DNA of 64,000 nucleotides from a bacterium (GCA_021817785.1 JAKAFY010000005.1:553-64552), one strand, 5' to 3'; counted from the first letter of the stretch, positions 1-9,678 are shown. Notes: generated from the sequence alone by a model not told the origin. Translations and numbers: made by a program.

Positions 1-268
1 GCGTTTGATTTTTGAGGGGGACTTTCTACAGTACGAGAGGACCTAGAAGGACGGATCCCTGGTGTGTCTGTTGTCGCGCCGTATGGCCGGCACCGCAGAG
101 TAGCTAGATCCGGTTGGGATAAGCGCTGAAAGCATCTCAAGCGCCAAGCCCGCCCCGAGATGAAAAATCGTTATAGACCCGTTGTAGATGACAACGTACA
201 TAGGCAAGAAGTGTACGCGCTGTGAGGCGTTTAGCTTACTTGTACTAATCGGTCGAAGTTGTGGGGAA
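1..268 (+). rRNA. rrl: 23S rRNA, 3' terminal ~270 nt (5'-partial)
   Basis: Matches the conserved 23S 3' domain: ...gtacgagaggacc..., ...gataagcgctgaaagcatctcaagcg..., ...gtactaatcggtcgaag.... These are collinear with the E. coli 23S 3' end (helices 95-101). Confidence 0.85.
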
Positions 269-473
269 CAAAGGATGTCCCGAATGGGACTGCTGTTTCC
301 GCATAAAATGAAATGACACGTGACGGAGGAAATGTTCCCCCTTACGAGGCAATTACACATACTAGCAAGATGGCAAGAGAGTAAGATAGTTCATAGTGAA
401 GCAAAGCAATTAACTATGAACCATGAACTTTTCTTGCTATGAACCAGCGAGCTTTCAGCTCGCATCCTTGAGC

Positions 474-596
474 CTTTCGGTCTCTTTAGCGACATGGCAC
501 CACCCTTTCCCATTCCGAACAGGGAAGTGAAACATGTTAGCGCTGACAATACCTATTTCGCAAGGAATCGGGAAGATAGGTCGAGGCCGGGGGACT
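474..596 (+). rRNA. rrf: 5S rRNA
   Basis: Conserved 5S core ...ggcaccaccctttcccattccgaacagggaagtgaaac... aligns with the E. coli 5S region GGUCCCACCUGACCCCAUGCCGAACUCAGAAGUGAAAC. It is flanked by a complementary processing stem (atccttgag at 463-472 pairing with ctcaaggat at 595-603). The ends are approximate. Confidence 0.7.
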
Positions 597-753
597 CAAG
601 GATCCCTACGTCTATTGATAACCCTTGATTATCTATCCTATTAGTTTCATTAGGTCTTGGCCTTCGCTAAAGCTACGGCCGGTAAACCGGGGGACTCAAG
701 GATAGATTAGTTTATAGTAAGGCCAGTTCACAGAAAAACAAAAGAAACAATAT

Positions 754-781
754 ATCCCGTCAGTAATGGCGGGATTTTTTG
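754..781 (+). terminator. Rho-independent terminator ending the rRNA operon
   Basis: Palindrome atcccg...cgggat followed by TTTTTT (776-780). Confidence 0.6.
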
Positions 782-1143
782 TGGCTAACGAATGTATAAA
801 TACCATGCCACCGCGAACGAGATTGTTAAGACGAGGCTAACTCTACCAATGCTTATGTGGTTATTTGAAAACCAGAAGTGTTGATTTATTACATTCTGTT
901 TGTATATTTTGATAGTCGTTTTCATGGTATTGAATTTGTCGTCACATATTATTATCAAAATAAATTATCTCTTGTATGGCTATTTGAACATATTCAAAGT
1001 TCGAGTCAAGCGTATAAAATCGTTTGACCGGTTTGCAAATCAAGTCCCTAATAAACACAAAAACCACCCGGGGGGTGGTTAGGTACCATATAAATATTAT
1101 ACTCCTATGCTATTTTCTAAAATTTTTCTGATATAGTATCTCC

Positions 1144-2232
1144 ATGACATTGTACGATATCCCACAACTCCGTCTCGCAAATCAGAAGATTTCTTCTACA
1201 GCGTTTACTACGCCCGAGGAAGTGGTGTCATGGATGGGCGCCATGCAGGCACAGGATTATTTGATGAGTTTGTGGGCGGTGGGGCTGCGCACCAAAAATT
1301 GCACGGAAAAGGATGTAGAACAGGCGATAGCAAAGCGGAAAATCGTACGGACGTGGCCTATGCGTAGGACGCTGCACTTTGTAGCTGCCGAAGACGTCCA
1401 CTGGATGGTACGGCTCTCGAGCGAGCGGATCATCAAAACCTATGCTGCCCATATGCCGCAGTTAGGGTTGAGTGAAGAAGTTATTAGCAAGGCCAGGAAG
1501 ATAGTAATAAAAGCATTAGAGGGCGGAAAGTGTAAAACTCGTGACGAGATTTATCGATTATTTGGTGAAGAAAAAATCCCGACGGACCAAAGCAGGGGAA
1601 TCCACATCTTGTGGCGGTTGGGACAGGAGGCAGTCGTCTGTTTTGGCCCCCGGGAGGGAAAACAGCAGACATTTACGCTCCTTGACGAATGGGTACCCAA
1701 AAAGCGCCTTTTGGCGCGTGATGAAGCCATCGGTTCGGCCGTGCTGCGGTACTTTACCAGCCATGGACCAGCAACAATTGCTGATTTTTCCTGGTGGAGC
1801 GGGCTTACGATGACGGATGCCAAAAATGGCATCACATCTGTCAAATCCAAGCTGGTCGAAGAGGTTATTGACGGTACATCATACTGGACGGGAGTAAGTT
1901 TCGGTAAAGCGCCGAAAGCTGACGGCACCTATTTACTCCCGTCGTTTGACGAATATTTTATAAGCTACAAAGACCGCATAGCAGTTATCGATCCCAAGCA
2001 TATCCCGGAGGTGAATAGGGGTTTAAATGGCATGTTTAACCCAATTATCGTGGTCGACGGTCAGATTGTCGGTACCTGGAAGCGGGAGATACAACGGGAT
2101 GCATTGATTGTTTTTCCGCACTCGTTTACTTCGTTTTCCAATGCTGATCAAAACACAATTGCCACGAAAGTGCAGCATTACGGCGTATTTTTAGGTCGAA
2201 TAGATGGGGCAATTATGAAATCTAGAGTATAA
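1144..2232 (+). CDS. winged-helix DNA glycosylase-like protein (AlkZ/YcaQ, DUF1006-like)
   Basis: 362-aa ORF. The N-terminal MGAMQAQDY segment contains a Q-x-Q motif like the catalytic motif of AlkZ-family interstrand-crosslink glycosylases. Length and overall pattern recall the YcaQ/AlkZ (HTH_42) family. Recognised from memory, not searched. Confidence 0.45.
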   Translation: MTLYDIPQLRLANQKISSTAFTTPEEVVSWMGAMQAQDYLMSLWAVGLRTKNCTEKDVEQAIAKRKIVRTWPMRRTLHFVAAEDVHWMVRLSSERIIKTYAAHMPQLGLSEEVISKARKIVIKALEGGKCKTRDEIYRLFGEEKIPTDQSRGIHILWRLGQEAVVCFGPREGKQQTFTLLDEWVPKKRLLARDEAIGSAVLRYFTSHGPATIADFSWWSGLTMTDAKNGITSVKSKLVEEVIDGTSYWTGVSFGKAPKADGTYLLPSFDEYFISYKDRIAVIDPKHIPEVNRGLNGMFNPIIVVDGQIVGTWKREIQRDALIVFPHSFTSFSNADQNTIATKVQHYGVFLGRIDGAIMKSRV

Positions 2233-2253
2233 TACCGATCTAAAGAGGAATAT

Positions 2254-2721
2254 ATGAAGGAACAATCGACATATGCAGATCAGCTGATCACCAATGGTAT
2301 TCGACAAATGGGTAAGGGGATTGAAAGAACTATTTCATCCGAAATCAGAGTAGGAATTCCGAGTAGCATTATTGGGCTCGCAATAGGGGCGGGTGATAGT
2401 GCATGGCATAATAGAGATGTAATTCCAAGTATGGTTCGGGGAGGCGGCAGTGGAGCAGTGGTTGGAATAATAGCGGGTTGGGAATATGCAATGCAGGAGT
2501 ATAACGCCAATGCAGGATCTGAGGGTCTACCGCAGGCGGAATGGTATGATTGGCTGATAGCACATGTACTTATCGTCGGCATGTTGGTTACTAATAAAAG
2601 AAATGTGTCCAAACATGGCCTCATTGCGGAGACTGCGATTGTCGCCCAGGGCATCAACCCTATTACCGTGTCTGGCGCTCGGCACGTCATCGGAGGAACG
2701 ATAACGAAAATAATTGGATAA
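2254..2721 (+). CDS. hypothetical Gly-rich small membrane protein
   Basis: 155-aa ORF with a strong SD (aaagaggaa) 6 nt upstream of the ATG. Gly/Ala-rich hydrophobic segments (IIGLAIGAGDSAW, GGGSGAVVGIIAGW). Confidence 0.5.
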   Translation: MKEQSTYADQLITNGIRQMGKGIERTISSEIRVGIPSSIIGLAIGAGDSAWHNRDVIPSMVRGGGSGAVVGIIAGWEYAMQEYNANAGSEGLPQAEWYDWLIAHVLIVGMLVTNKRNVSKHGLIAETAIVAQGINPITVSGARHVIGGTITKIIG

Positions 2722-2725
2722 AATG

Positions 2726-2986
2726 TTATCTAAACCATCCTCTTTGTCTACCCAATTTTATCTCTTCTGCAATTACCTCGCCGCCTTTGTTTTCAGCTAT
2801 TACACTAAATAACTTAGTCAAGACCTCATTATCGGCAGAAGAAACATGAAATACAGAAAGTATAGCTAACCGTGCTTCTGCAGCAGTATGAGGATGTATG
2901 AAACCCTCGTTGCGTAATTCTCTTTTTGCATTTCTGAATGCCCGTTCCCCTTGAATGAGAGGAAAATGTATTTGTGCAAACTTCAT
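2726..2986 (-). CDS. hypothetical protein (86 aa)
   Basis: ORF with an ATG start, divergent from the downstream regulator gene. No recognisable motif. Confidence 0.35.
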   Translation of the reverse strand: MKFAQIHFPLIQGERAFRNAKRELRNEGFIHPHTAAEARLAILSVFHVSSADNEVLTKLFSVIAENKGGEVIAEEIKLGRQRGWFR

Positions 2987-3062
2987 ATCATCACCATCCT
3001 TTCATTATTTGATTGGACTATACAGACGGTGTATACTTATATGCAAATATCTGTTCGTTTAT

Positions 3063-3902
3063 ATGAACAAACAACTCATTTCAAGTCAATTGTCTCAATA
3101 CGGATTGGACGAGATTGAGGTTCAGATTTACCTTAATCTCCTTGGGGGAGGCGCCAAGACGCCACTTGACCTATCGCGTGAAACAAACATCAATCGGTCA
3201 AAGATTTATCGGTATCTGGACAGGTTGAAACTCAAACATCTGATTGAAGAGGCAGACAAGGGCCGGGGATTGAGGCTAAAAGCAGCAAGCCCGGACAGCC
3301 TCAAACTCTTACTTTTAGAGAAAGAGCAGCAGCTATCCAATCAAAAAGAAGTACTGCCGGAGCTTCTCAAAGAGTTGTCTCTATTGCCCGGTGGTATGCC
3401 GAGTGGGTTTGAGATAAAGCATTATCATGGCACAGAAGGATTAAAACAGATGCTTTGGAACCATTTGCGGGCAAAAAAGGAAATCCTGGTGTTTGGATAC
3501 GAAAACCGTAATAACATTGCCGGCAAAGCATTTGCGGAAACCATTCGCTATGAGCAGGTGGCACGAAAGATTACGAAAATCGAGATCGAAAACGCCACCG
3601 ATCAGGGAAATTATTGGTATACCAAAGTACCGAATTGGGGAAAATTTTACCGGTCCCGGTATATTCCACCCACCATTCTCGATATCCGGCAGTATCAGGT
3701 GGTGTTTAATGATACGCTTTCTATCTTAAGCTGGGCAGACGGCAACAAAATCGGCGTGGAGATTACCAACAAATCGTTTGCGGATATGTATCGACAGATA
3801 TTCTGGAAGTTTTGGGATATAGCGGAGGGATATATTGAGGAGGGGAGACGACTGGAGGCATCCAAGAAACAAAATCCTTCTGCAGCTTCTCGCCGGAGCT
3901 AG
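3063..3902 (+). CDS. TrmB-family (winged HTH) transcriptional regulator
   Basis: An internal ATG at 3063 gives MNKQLISSQLSQYGLDEIEVQIYLNLLGGGAKTPLDLSRETNINRSKIYRYLDRLKLKHLIEE, a typical TrmB N-terminal wHTH. The track ORF starts at 2955, but that N-terminus (MRGKCICANF...) looks non-native. Confidence 0.5.
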   Translation: MNKQLISSQLSQYGLDEIEVQIYLNLLGGGAKTPLDLSRETNINRSKIYRYLDRLKLKHLIEEADKGRGLRLKAASPDSLKLLLLEKEQQLSNQKEVLPELLKELSLLPGGMPSGFEIKHYHGTEGLKQMLWNHLRAKKEILVFGYENRNNIAGKAFAETIRYEQVARKITKIEIENATDQGNYWYTKVPNWGKFYRSRYIPPTILDIRQYQVVFNDTLSILSWADGNKIGVEITNKSFADMYRQIFWKFWDIAEGYIEEGRRLEASKKQNPSAASRRS

Positions 3903-3942
3903 CGGCCGAGCCTTGACGGATTTTCCCGCATGTTCTCACTAT

Positions 3943-5046
3943 TTATGCCATATCAGGAGTAGGTGTACCGAACGTATTACTGAGAAGCTCTAATTCATCC
4001 ACATCAACGGTTTTTGACACGGTTTTGGCACGGTTATACGCTGTAATGGTTTGATGTGCCGGAGATGAAGCTACCGGGTGACTTCGGAGATAGTCGCTAA
4101 ATGCTTTCGCCGTAGGAAATTCCTTTATCTGGTTAAATAATTTGACGTACCGCAATGTTGCACTGCGCAGCGGGCCCGGGATCATAGGCTGCGCCGTATG
4201 TGCCGGCAGGATATGAATAGGGTCTTTCAGAGAAAATAGGATAGAGGTGATGGAGGTATACAGTTGTTTGCTCATAGCCTCCTGATCGTTTCCGGGGCTT
4301 GTATGGCTTATGGCATCGACAAACAGCGTGTCACCGCTTATGAGAAACAATTCGTCAAACAATATGGATACGCTTTCCGGCGTATGCCCCGGGGTTTTGT
4401 AAAATGTGATACTTGCGCCGACGGCAAGCTTCGGGAGGCGCTCTTCCAGCACGTCAAACGGAAATTCTACCACGGACCCTTTTGGCAAAAGATACGGGGC
4501 AGACAGGTTTTTGGCAAGCAGACGCCCTCCTGACAGGTGATCCGTATGAATATGGGTATCTACGATGGCAACGGCGTTCCAGTGATGCGTTTTGAGAAAT
4601 GCCGTATAGGTTTCCGTGTGGTGCGACGGATCAATGATGATGACCGATGTGTTGTCCGGCAGGACGACAATATAGGATAAACATCCCTTTCCCAGACGTT
4701 TTACCTGATATAGAGTGAGTGAAGATCCACGTTCGGGTATCGGAACCACGTCGTACATCGCGTTCCATGCTTTGAGTCCGCCCTCCAATGCCACCGACGG
4801 AATTCCTTTGGCCGCCAATTGTCCCGCGGCCTTGCGCGAAACCGCACCATAGTTGCAAAAGGTGACCACAGAGGCGGCCTTGCGAAGCGACGATGCTTTG
4901 CGCGGGATGTCGAGCACCGGGATATTGATGCTCTCATAGAGCGATCCCCGGGCGTATTCTTCCGGCGTACGCACGTCAACAAGGGTAATGGGAGACTGGG
5001 ATTGTAACAGGGTAAAGAGGGATTGTGGGGTAATAACCTTCGCCAT
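3943..5046 (-). CDS. rhodanese domain / metallo-beta-lactamase-fold fusion protein (persulfide dioxygenase-like)
   Basis: The N-terminal rhodanese-like segment has an active-site Cys context (VVTFCNYGAVSRKAA). The MBL motif HxHxDH is present as THIHTDHLSG, plus a downstream His (KTPGHTPES). Confidence 0.7.
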   Translation of the reverse strand: MAKVITPQSLFTLLQSQSPITLVDVRTPEEYARGSLYESINIPVLDIPRKASSLRKAASVVTFCNYGAVSRKAAGQLAAKGIPSVALEGGLKAWNAMYDVVPIPERGSSLTLYQVKRLGKGCLSYIVVLPDNTSVIIIDPSHHTETYTAFLKTHHWNAVAIVDTHIHTDHLSGGRLLAKNLSAPYLLPKGSVVEFPFDVLEERLPKLAVGASITFYKTPGHTPESVSILFDELFLISGDTLFVDAISHTSPGNDQEAMSKQLYTSITSILFSLKDPIHILPAHTAQPMIPGPLRSATLRYVKLFNQIKEFPTAKAFSDYLRSHPVASSPAHQTITAYNRAKTVSKTVDVDELELLSNTFGTPTPDMA

Positions 5047-5124
5047 TCTGTATCTATTGTAGCACTACAACGCGATATCCGGCAAATTTATCCATTCAAT
5101 GCATAGCGTTATTCGTGTGCATCA

Positions 5125-5901
5125 TTGTCTACCATAAAACGATCATCTTATTGGCGTGCGAAAGAGGGTGTAATTTGTTACACTCTCTTTATGGGAGAAG
5201 GACAATCTATACGGGAAGTTGAACCAAATATGCCGCTTGCGGATGCAGTGACGGCGATATTTGAACGCAGGGCACACCATGGGGAACGTCATCTTATCCT
5301 GGAAACGTATCAAAAAAAGTTTGAAGAAATCCTAGAACATTTGCCAAAGGAAAAACGAAACACGACCGCGATACAACTGCAGCGACTGTCCGTCACCATA
5401 GGCGGATCGATTGCCGAGTACTCATCACGACTGTCGGATTTTGTCAGAAATATAGTCAATTGGCCAATGGTCGCGGCAGTCGAAGATTTTCCGAAAGATA
5501 AATATTATCAGATTGAATTAGCCCGGGCGCAGGCGTGGGGGGAGTTTGCTGTAAACACAACAAAAACGGCTACCGCGGAGCGTATGGCATATAGGGATCA
5601 TTTTCTTCCGAACGCGTTGGTCGGGGCGGGAACGCTTGGGTCACTTGGATTGGTTGGTGGTTTAGCAGCGGGAGCACTCGAGGGTGGGAAAGTGGGACTT
5701 CTCGGTGGTCTTCAGGGGGCAGCCATAGGTGCTGCGGTCGGTGCTGCGGTGGGAGGAGCCATAGGCGGAGCCTCATCCTTGGTGTTGCGGGTGAAAGATA
5801 TGTTTTTAGGTCCGCCCGCGGCATACTATCATCTGGGAGTCTGGGCGGGTTCTGTAGCCCCGTCATCGGGTTCATCCGGCATACCGTTGGGATCCGCATA
5901 A
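5125..5901 (+). CDS. hypothetical protein with C-terminal glycine-zipper membrane segment
   Basis: 258-aa ORF. The C-terminus GAGTLGSLGLVGGLAAGALEGGKVGLLGGLQGAAIGAAVGAAVGGAIGG is a GxxxG-type repeat. The start is uncertain; internal ATGs at 5188 and 5236 are possible. Confidence 0.4.
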   Translation: MSTIKRSSYWRAKEGVICYTLFMGEGQSIREVEPNMPLADAVTAIFERRAHHGERHLILETYQKKFEEILEHLPKEKRNTTAIQLQRLSVTIGGSIAEYSSRLSDFVRNIVNWPMVAAVEDFPKDKYYQIELARAQAWGEFAVNTTKTATAERMAYRDHFLPNALVGAGTLGSLGLVGGLAAGALEGGKVGLLGGLQGAAIGAAVGAAVGGAIGGASSLVLRVKDMFLGPPAAYYHLGVWAGSVAPSSGSSGIPLGSA

Positions 5902-5907
5902 ATATCT

Positions 5908-6246
5908 ATGGACGATTTTGATGTCAAAATAACACATATCCTTACGTTAATTGCTGAATCGTCGCTTTCTGATACGGAAAAAGCAGATATTTACGTGCAG
6001 CTCAATGTTGGGATGCGGCGTCTTGTATGGCCCATACTTCTGTCACATATTCCCCAATACGAGCTGGATGACATGATAAAAGACCCTAATACCATGACCA
6101 TGGAACGATATGTTACATGTATCCAATCCACACTTCAAAATCCCGCAACCCCCAAGGAAATCCATGATGAAATACTGGGCGCCCTGGGAGAAGTCGAGGC
6201 GTTGCTTGTAAAGCGACTTCCGAAGCCCCCTGCCCCTGCGTCTTGA
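5908..6246 (+). CDS. hypothetical protein (112 aa)
   Basis: Compact ORF immediately downstream of the previous gene. No recognisable motif. Confidence 0.4.
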   Translation: MDDFDVKITHILTLIAESSLSDTEKADIYVQLNVGMRRLVWPILLSHIPQYELDDMIKDPNTMTMERYVTCIQSTLQNPATPKEIHDEILGALGEVEALLVKRLPKPPAPAS

Positions 6247-6271
6247 GCAGAAGACAGAAACCGTGTATAAT
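6244..6271 (+). promoter_or_regulatory. sigma70-like promoter upstream of rpsA
   Basis: TTGAGC (6244-6249), a 16-nt spacer, then a perfect TATAAT (6266-6271), about 35 nt upstream of the rpsA start. Confidence 0.5.
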
Positions 6272-6305
6272 CCCCATATCCCTAAAGAAAGGCGGATATA
6301 CATGA

Positions 6306-7514
6306 ATGGCAAAAACAGCAAAAAGTGATGAGTCAGTAGTGCATAGTAAGAAAGAAGCAAAAGAGGAAGTAAAACCTCAGGAAGCGCCCAAAAAATCTTC
6401 ACCCACCTCCGCTTCAGCTACGGCGGGCAAGAAAGCAGCAACCTCGATGGAGGAATTGCTCAAAAGCTCCGGATACACGCTCAAAGGCATCAAAAAAGGC
6501 GATACCGTGACGGGAACAATCACCCGGATTGCGGCACGTGAGATCGCGCTCAATATCGGCGGCAAGACCGAAGGTGTGGTCATGGACCGCGAACTCGAAA
6601 CCTACAAAGATATGCTGTCTCACCTCAAGGTAGGAGATACCGTGATTTGCCAGGTGATCGTCGCAGAAAACGATCGCGGGCAGAGCGTTCTTTCCATCCG
6701 GAAATCCTTACTCGAAAAGCGATGGGAAAAATTGGTCGAGTTCCAAAAAGCAGGGGAGCCGGTCGATGTGGTGCTGCGCGAGCAGGTTCGCGGCGGAGTA
6801 TTGGTCGATTACGGCGGCATCCGTGGGTATATTCCATTGTCCCAGCTGGATGCAGCTCTTTCCAAACAACTCGATAAAGTATCCGGTCGCCGCATTAAAG
6901 CAAAAGTGATTGAAGTAGAATCCGCGGCCAACCGCCTGGTCTTTTCCCAGCGCGCGATTACCGAAGAAGCAGCGCTTTCCAAGCAAAAAGAGCTTCTGGA
7001 TGCGGTGAACGTAGATTCTACGGTAGAGGCGACGATTACCGGGGTGGCCCCATTTGGCGCATTTGCCAAATTTAGCGTCGAAAAGGATGGCGAAAAGCAC
7101 GATATAGAAGGACTCGTCCATATTTCCGAAATCGCATGGGAAAAAGTCGACGACCCGAACCAATACTTAAAGAGCGGCGATGCGTTAAAGGTCAAAGTGA
7201 TCGGCGTCGATGCGGCAACCGGCAAGGTGACGCTGTCGTTAAAACAGCTTCTGCCTGATCCGTGGGAGCATGTGATGGATCAGTTTGAAAAAGACAGCCA
7301 GGTCAAAGGGAAAGTCACCCGGACGACTCCGTACGGCATATTTGTCGAGCTGACCCCGGGCGTAGAAGGGTTGATCCATATATCTAAAGTCACTCCGGGA
7401 ACGGAGCCCAAAGCGGGGGACGAAATTACGTGTTTGGTCGAAGACGTGAAGCCGGATCAGCGGAAAATCAGCCTCTCTATGGCGCTTACCGAAAAACCCA
7501 TCGGCTATCGGTAA
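6306..7514 (+). CDS. rpsA: 30S ribosomal protein S1 (four S1 domains) with Lys-rich N-terminal extension
   Basis: Repeated S1 OB-fold pattern: GDTVTGTITRI..., GEPVDVVLREQVRGGVLVDYGGIRGYIPLSQL, EATITGVAPFGAFAKF..., VKGKVTRTTPYGIFVEL.... The N-terminal ~45 aa are K/E/A-rich. Confidence 0.85.
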   Translation: MAKTAKSDESVVHSKKEAKEEVKPQEAPKKSSPTSASATAGKKAATSMEELLKSSGYTLKGIKKGDTVTGTITRIAAREIALNIGGKTEGVVMDRELETYKDMLSHLKVGDTVICQVIVAENDRGQSVLSIRKSLLEKRWEKLVEFQKAGEPVDVVLREQVRGGVLVDYGGIRGYIPLSQLDAALSKQLDKVSGRRIKAKVIEVESAANRLVFSQRAITEEAALSKQKELLDAVNVDSTVEATITGVAPFGAFAKFSVEKDGEKHDIEGLVHISEIAWEKVDDPNQYLKSGDALKVKVIGVDAATGKVTLSLKQLLPDPWEHVMDQFEKDSQVKGKVTRTTPYGIFVELTPGVEGLIHISKVTPGTEPKAGDEITCLVEDVKPDQRKISLSMALTEKPIGYR

Positions 7515-7680
7515 GAGAGTTCGGGACGGCGCCTACGGTTCCTTCCCGACGATCCTCCTCTCAATGAGGCGCACCGACAGAAGTTCTTCTGTCGAAATCA
7601 GTGCGCAGGATTTTACATCTTCGATTTTTTCCGTTGTGGCCTGTCTTGACAGTAGGGGATTTGGCAGGTAGAATGGGTCT

Positions 7681-8352
7681 ATGGCAGGAGAAACGTCACC
7701 TAACTTAGGGTTTCGCGCACAGATCCGGGAACTTCTTTCCCGTGAATCAACGGTTCTTGTGCCGGTGACCGAAAAAAATCTTCCCCGGTTTGATGCAACC
7801 CTCACCGATTTAGATGCACGGTCCAAAGCGGATGACGGCATGCTCAACATCAATCTGAAACCGTCAGAAACGAATGCGGAATGGGTAGGTAACGTCAAAG
7901 CACTGTGGGTGTTTGGCCCCAAAGAAGCAAATCTGGCGTTGCCCGATCAGGCTACGGGATTTGTAAACGTTTATGAGCCGGAGCATATGGACAAGATAAA
8001 TACTATGCTTAGCGAAAACGGAAAACGTGCATATGATGCGGGCGCCGTTGTAGAATTCGCGTCCTATGCCAAGAATTTTCCAACGAATGTCGATGCTGAA
8101 GAAAGTGCGGTCAAACAGGCACTTGCTCATGTATTTATAGACGAGACGTTTAAAGATGTCCGTGCGGTATCGGTGTGGGTGACACACGAAAAGGACAATG
8201 TGCTTGATGTCAGGCAGGAAGAAGCTCTGAAAAAAATCGGCGCGATGAAACTTGGGTCTTTGCGATATGCGCCGGAAGAACAGGTCGACAGTACGGCGTT
8301 CATTATCCCCCGTAAGGCGTTTTTGGATAGACTGACTGCTCCACAAAAATAA
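7681..8352 (+). CDS. hypothetical protein (223 aa)
   Basis: ORF with a tagaat -10-like element upstream. No recognisable motif. Confidence 0.4.
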   Translation: MAGETSPNLGFRAQIRELLSRESTVLVPVTEKNLPRFDATLTDLDARSKADDGMLNINLKPSETNAEWVGNVKALWVFGPKEANLALPDQATGFVNVYEPEHMDKINTMLSENGKRAYDAGAVVEFASYAKNFPTNVDAEESAVKQALAHVFIDETFKDVRAVSVWVTHEKDNVLDVRQEEALKKIGAMKLGSLRYAPEEQVDSTAFIIPRKAFLDRLTAPQK

Positions 8353-8373
8353 TCATTGGTGTAGAATACCTCT

Positions 8374-9678
8374 ATGAAGCTTCGGTCATCGTATGTGTGC
8401 CAACAATGCGGGTATGAAACGGCAAGTTGGTATGGAAAATGTCCCAATTGCGATACATGGAATTCGTTGATCGAGACGGTCAAAGAGGTTGGAAAACAGC
8501 AAGAAAGCAAGACAGCAAGGCCAGAAGGAACTAAACCGCAGAAGTTGTCCGAGGTACGGCACATTGAGAAAAATCGATTAAAAAGTGGATTAGAAGAGTT
8601 TGATCGGGTGATGGGTGGGGGGATCGTACCGGGCTCCGTGACGCTTCTTGCTGGAGATCCTGGCATAGGGAAATCGACGCTCCTTCTTCACGTACTCGCG
8701 GCAGCCGGAGGGCTGTACGTATCCGGGGAAGAATCTGCAGAACAGGTAAAGCTGCGGGCAAAACGGCTGGGGGTAGATGGGAAAAATATCTCTATCCTTG
8801 CAGAAACTTCTGTTGAATCTATCGTAAGTACCCTAAGTACCCTAAGTGACCTAGGTAACTTAGTAATTGTTGACTCTATACAAACCTTGTCTTCAGATGA
8901 CCTGGATGGTATGGCAGGCTCCGTCGGGCAGATACGAAGAAGCGCCGAGGTACTCATACTGGCGGCCAAAACACATGGTATCCCGATTATCATCGTGGGA
9001 CATGTGACCAAAGAGGGTGCGATAGCGGGTCCCAAAGTGTTGGAACACATGGTGGATACCGTGCTGTATCTGGAAGGAGAGCGCTTTGCGAACGCGCGGA
9101 TACTCCGGACACTGAAAAACCGGTTCGGTGCCATAGAAGAAGTGGGCATTTTTGATATGAGCGATTCCGGGCTTAAGGAAGTATCCAATCCTTCCGCGCT
9201 TTTTCTTCAAGATCGGGTAAAAAATGTCCCCGGGTCTGTGGTGACCGTTATTCTGGAAGGAACGCGCCCGATGCTTGTCGAAATCCAGGCATTGGCGGTC
9301 CCCACCCAGCTTGCGATGCCCAGAAGAGTGGGTAACGGCGTGGACTATAACCGGTTACAGCTTCTGGTGGCTATCCTGCAAAAACGGCTGAACCTGCCGC
9401 TCGGAGGATATGATCTGTTCGTCAATGTATCCGGCGGGCTAAAAATTGCAGAACCCGCGGCAGATTTGGCGATTGCGCTTGCCATACTTTCCTCGTTTAA
9501 AAATAAAGCCATTGATCCCAAAACCGTCGTATTCGGAGAGGTGGGATTACTCGGTGAAACGCGCCGGATCGTATCCGAAGAACGCAGAATCAAAGAGGCA
9601 AAACGGTTAGGATTTAGTGCGGTATGTGCGCCGTCTAACACGCCATCCCTTTCCAAAGCCGCCCAGCTTGTGGCATAA
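8374..9678 (+). CDS. radA: DNA repair protein RadA/Sms
   Basis: N-terminal C4 zinc finger (CQQCGYETASWYGKCPNCDTWNS), Walker A (GDPGIGKST), the RadA-specific KNRFG motif (LKNRFGAIEE), and a C-terminal Lon-protease-like domain. Confidence 0.9.
   Translation: MKLRSSYVCQQCGYETASWYGKCPNCDTWNSLIETVKEVGKQQESKTARPEGTKPQKLSEVRHIEKNRLKSGLEEFDRVMGGGIVPGSVTLLAGDPGIGKSTLLLHVLAAAGGLYVSGEESAEQVKLRAKRLGVDGKNISILAETSVESIVSTLSTLSDLGNLVIVDSIQTLSSDDLDGMAGSVGQIRRSAEVLILAAKTHGIPIIIVGHVTKEGAIAGPKVLEHMVDTVLYLEGERFANARILRTLKNRFGAIEEVGIFDMSDSGLKEVSNPSALFLQDRVKNVPGSVVTVILEGTRPMLVEIQALAVPTQLAMPRRVGNGVDYNRLQLLVAILQKRLNLPLGGYDLFVNVSGGLKIAEPAADLAIALAILSSFKNKAIDPKTVVFGEVGLLGETRRIVSEERRIKEAKRLGFSAVCAPSNTPSLSKAAQLVA

Noticed and set aside
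43-360. 105-aa minus-strand ORF
   Set aside because: It lies entirely within the 23S rRNA 3' domain and is a chance ORF in structured RNA.
900-1082. 60-aa + strand ORF and a GC hairpin (ccacccggggggtgg, 1060-1074) with a T-run on the minus strand
   Set aside because: The ORF is AT-rich with no RBS and is probably spurious. The hairpin plus U-run reads as a minus-strand terminator, but no minus-strand gene lies upstream of it in the window, so its role is unclear.
2955-3062. Upstream extension of the TrmB-like ORF
   Set aside because: The extension is Cys-rich and atypical, and it overlaps the divergent promoter region. An internal ATG (3063) gives a canonical wHTH N-terminus.
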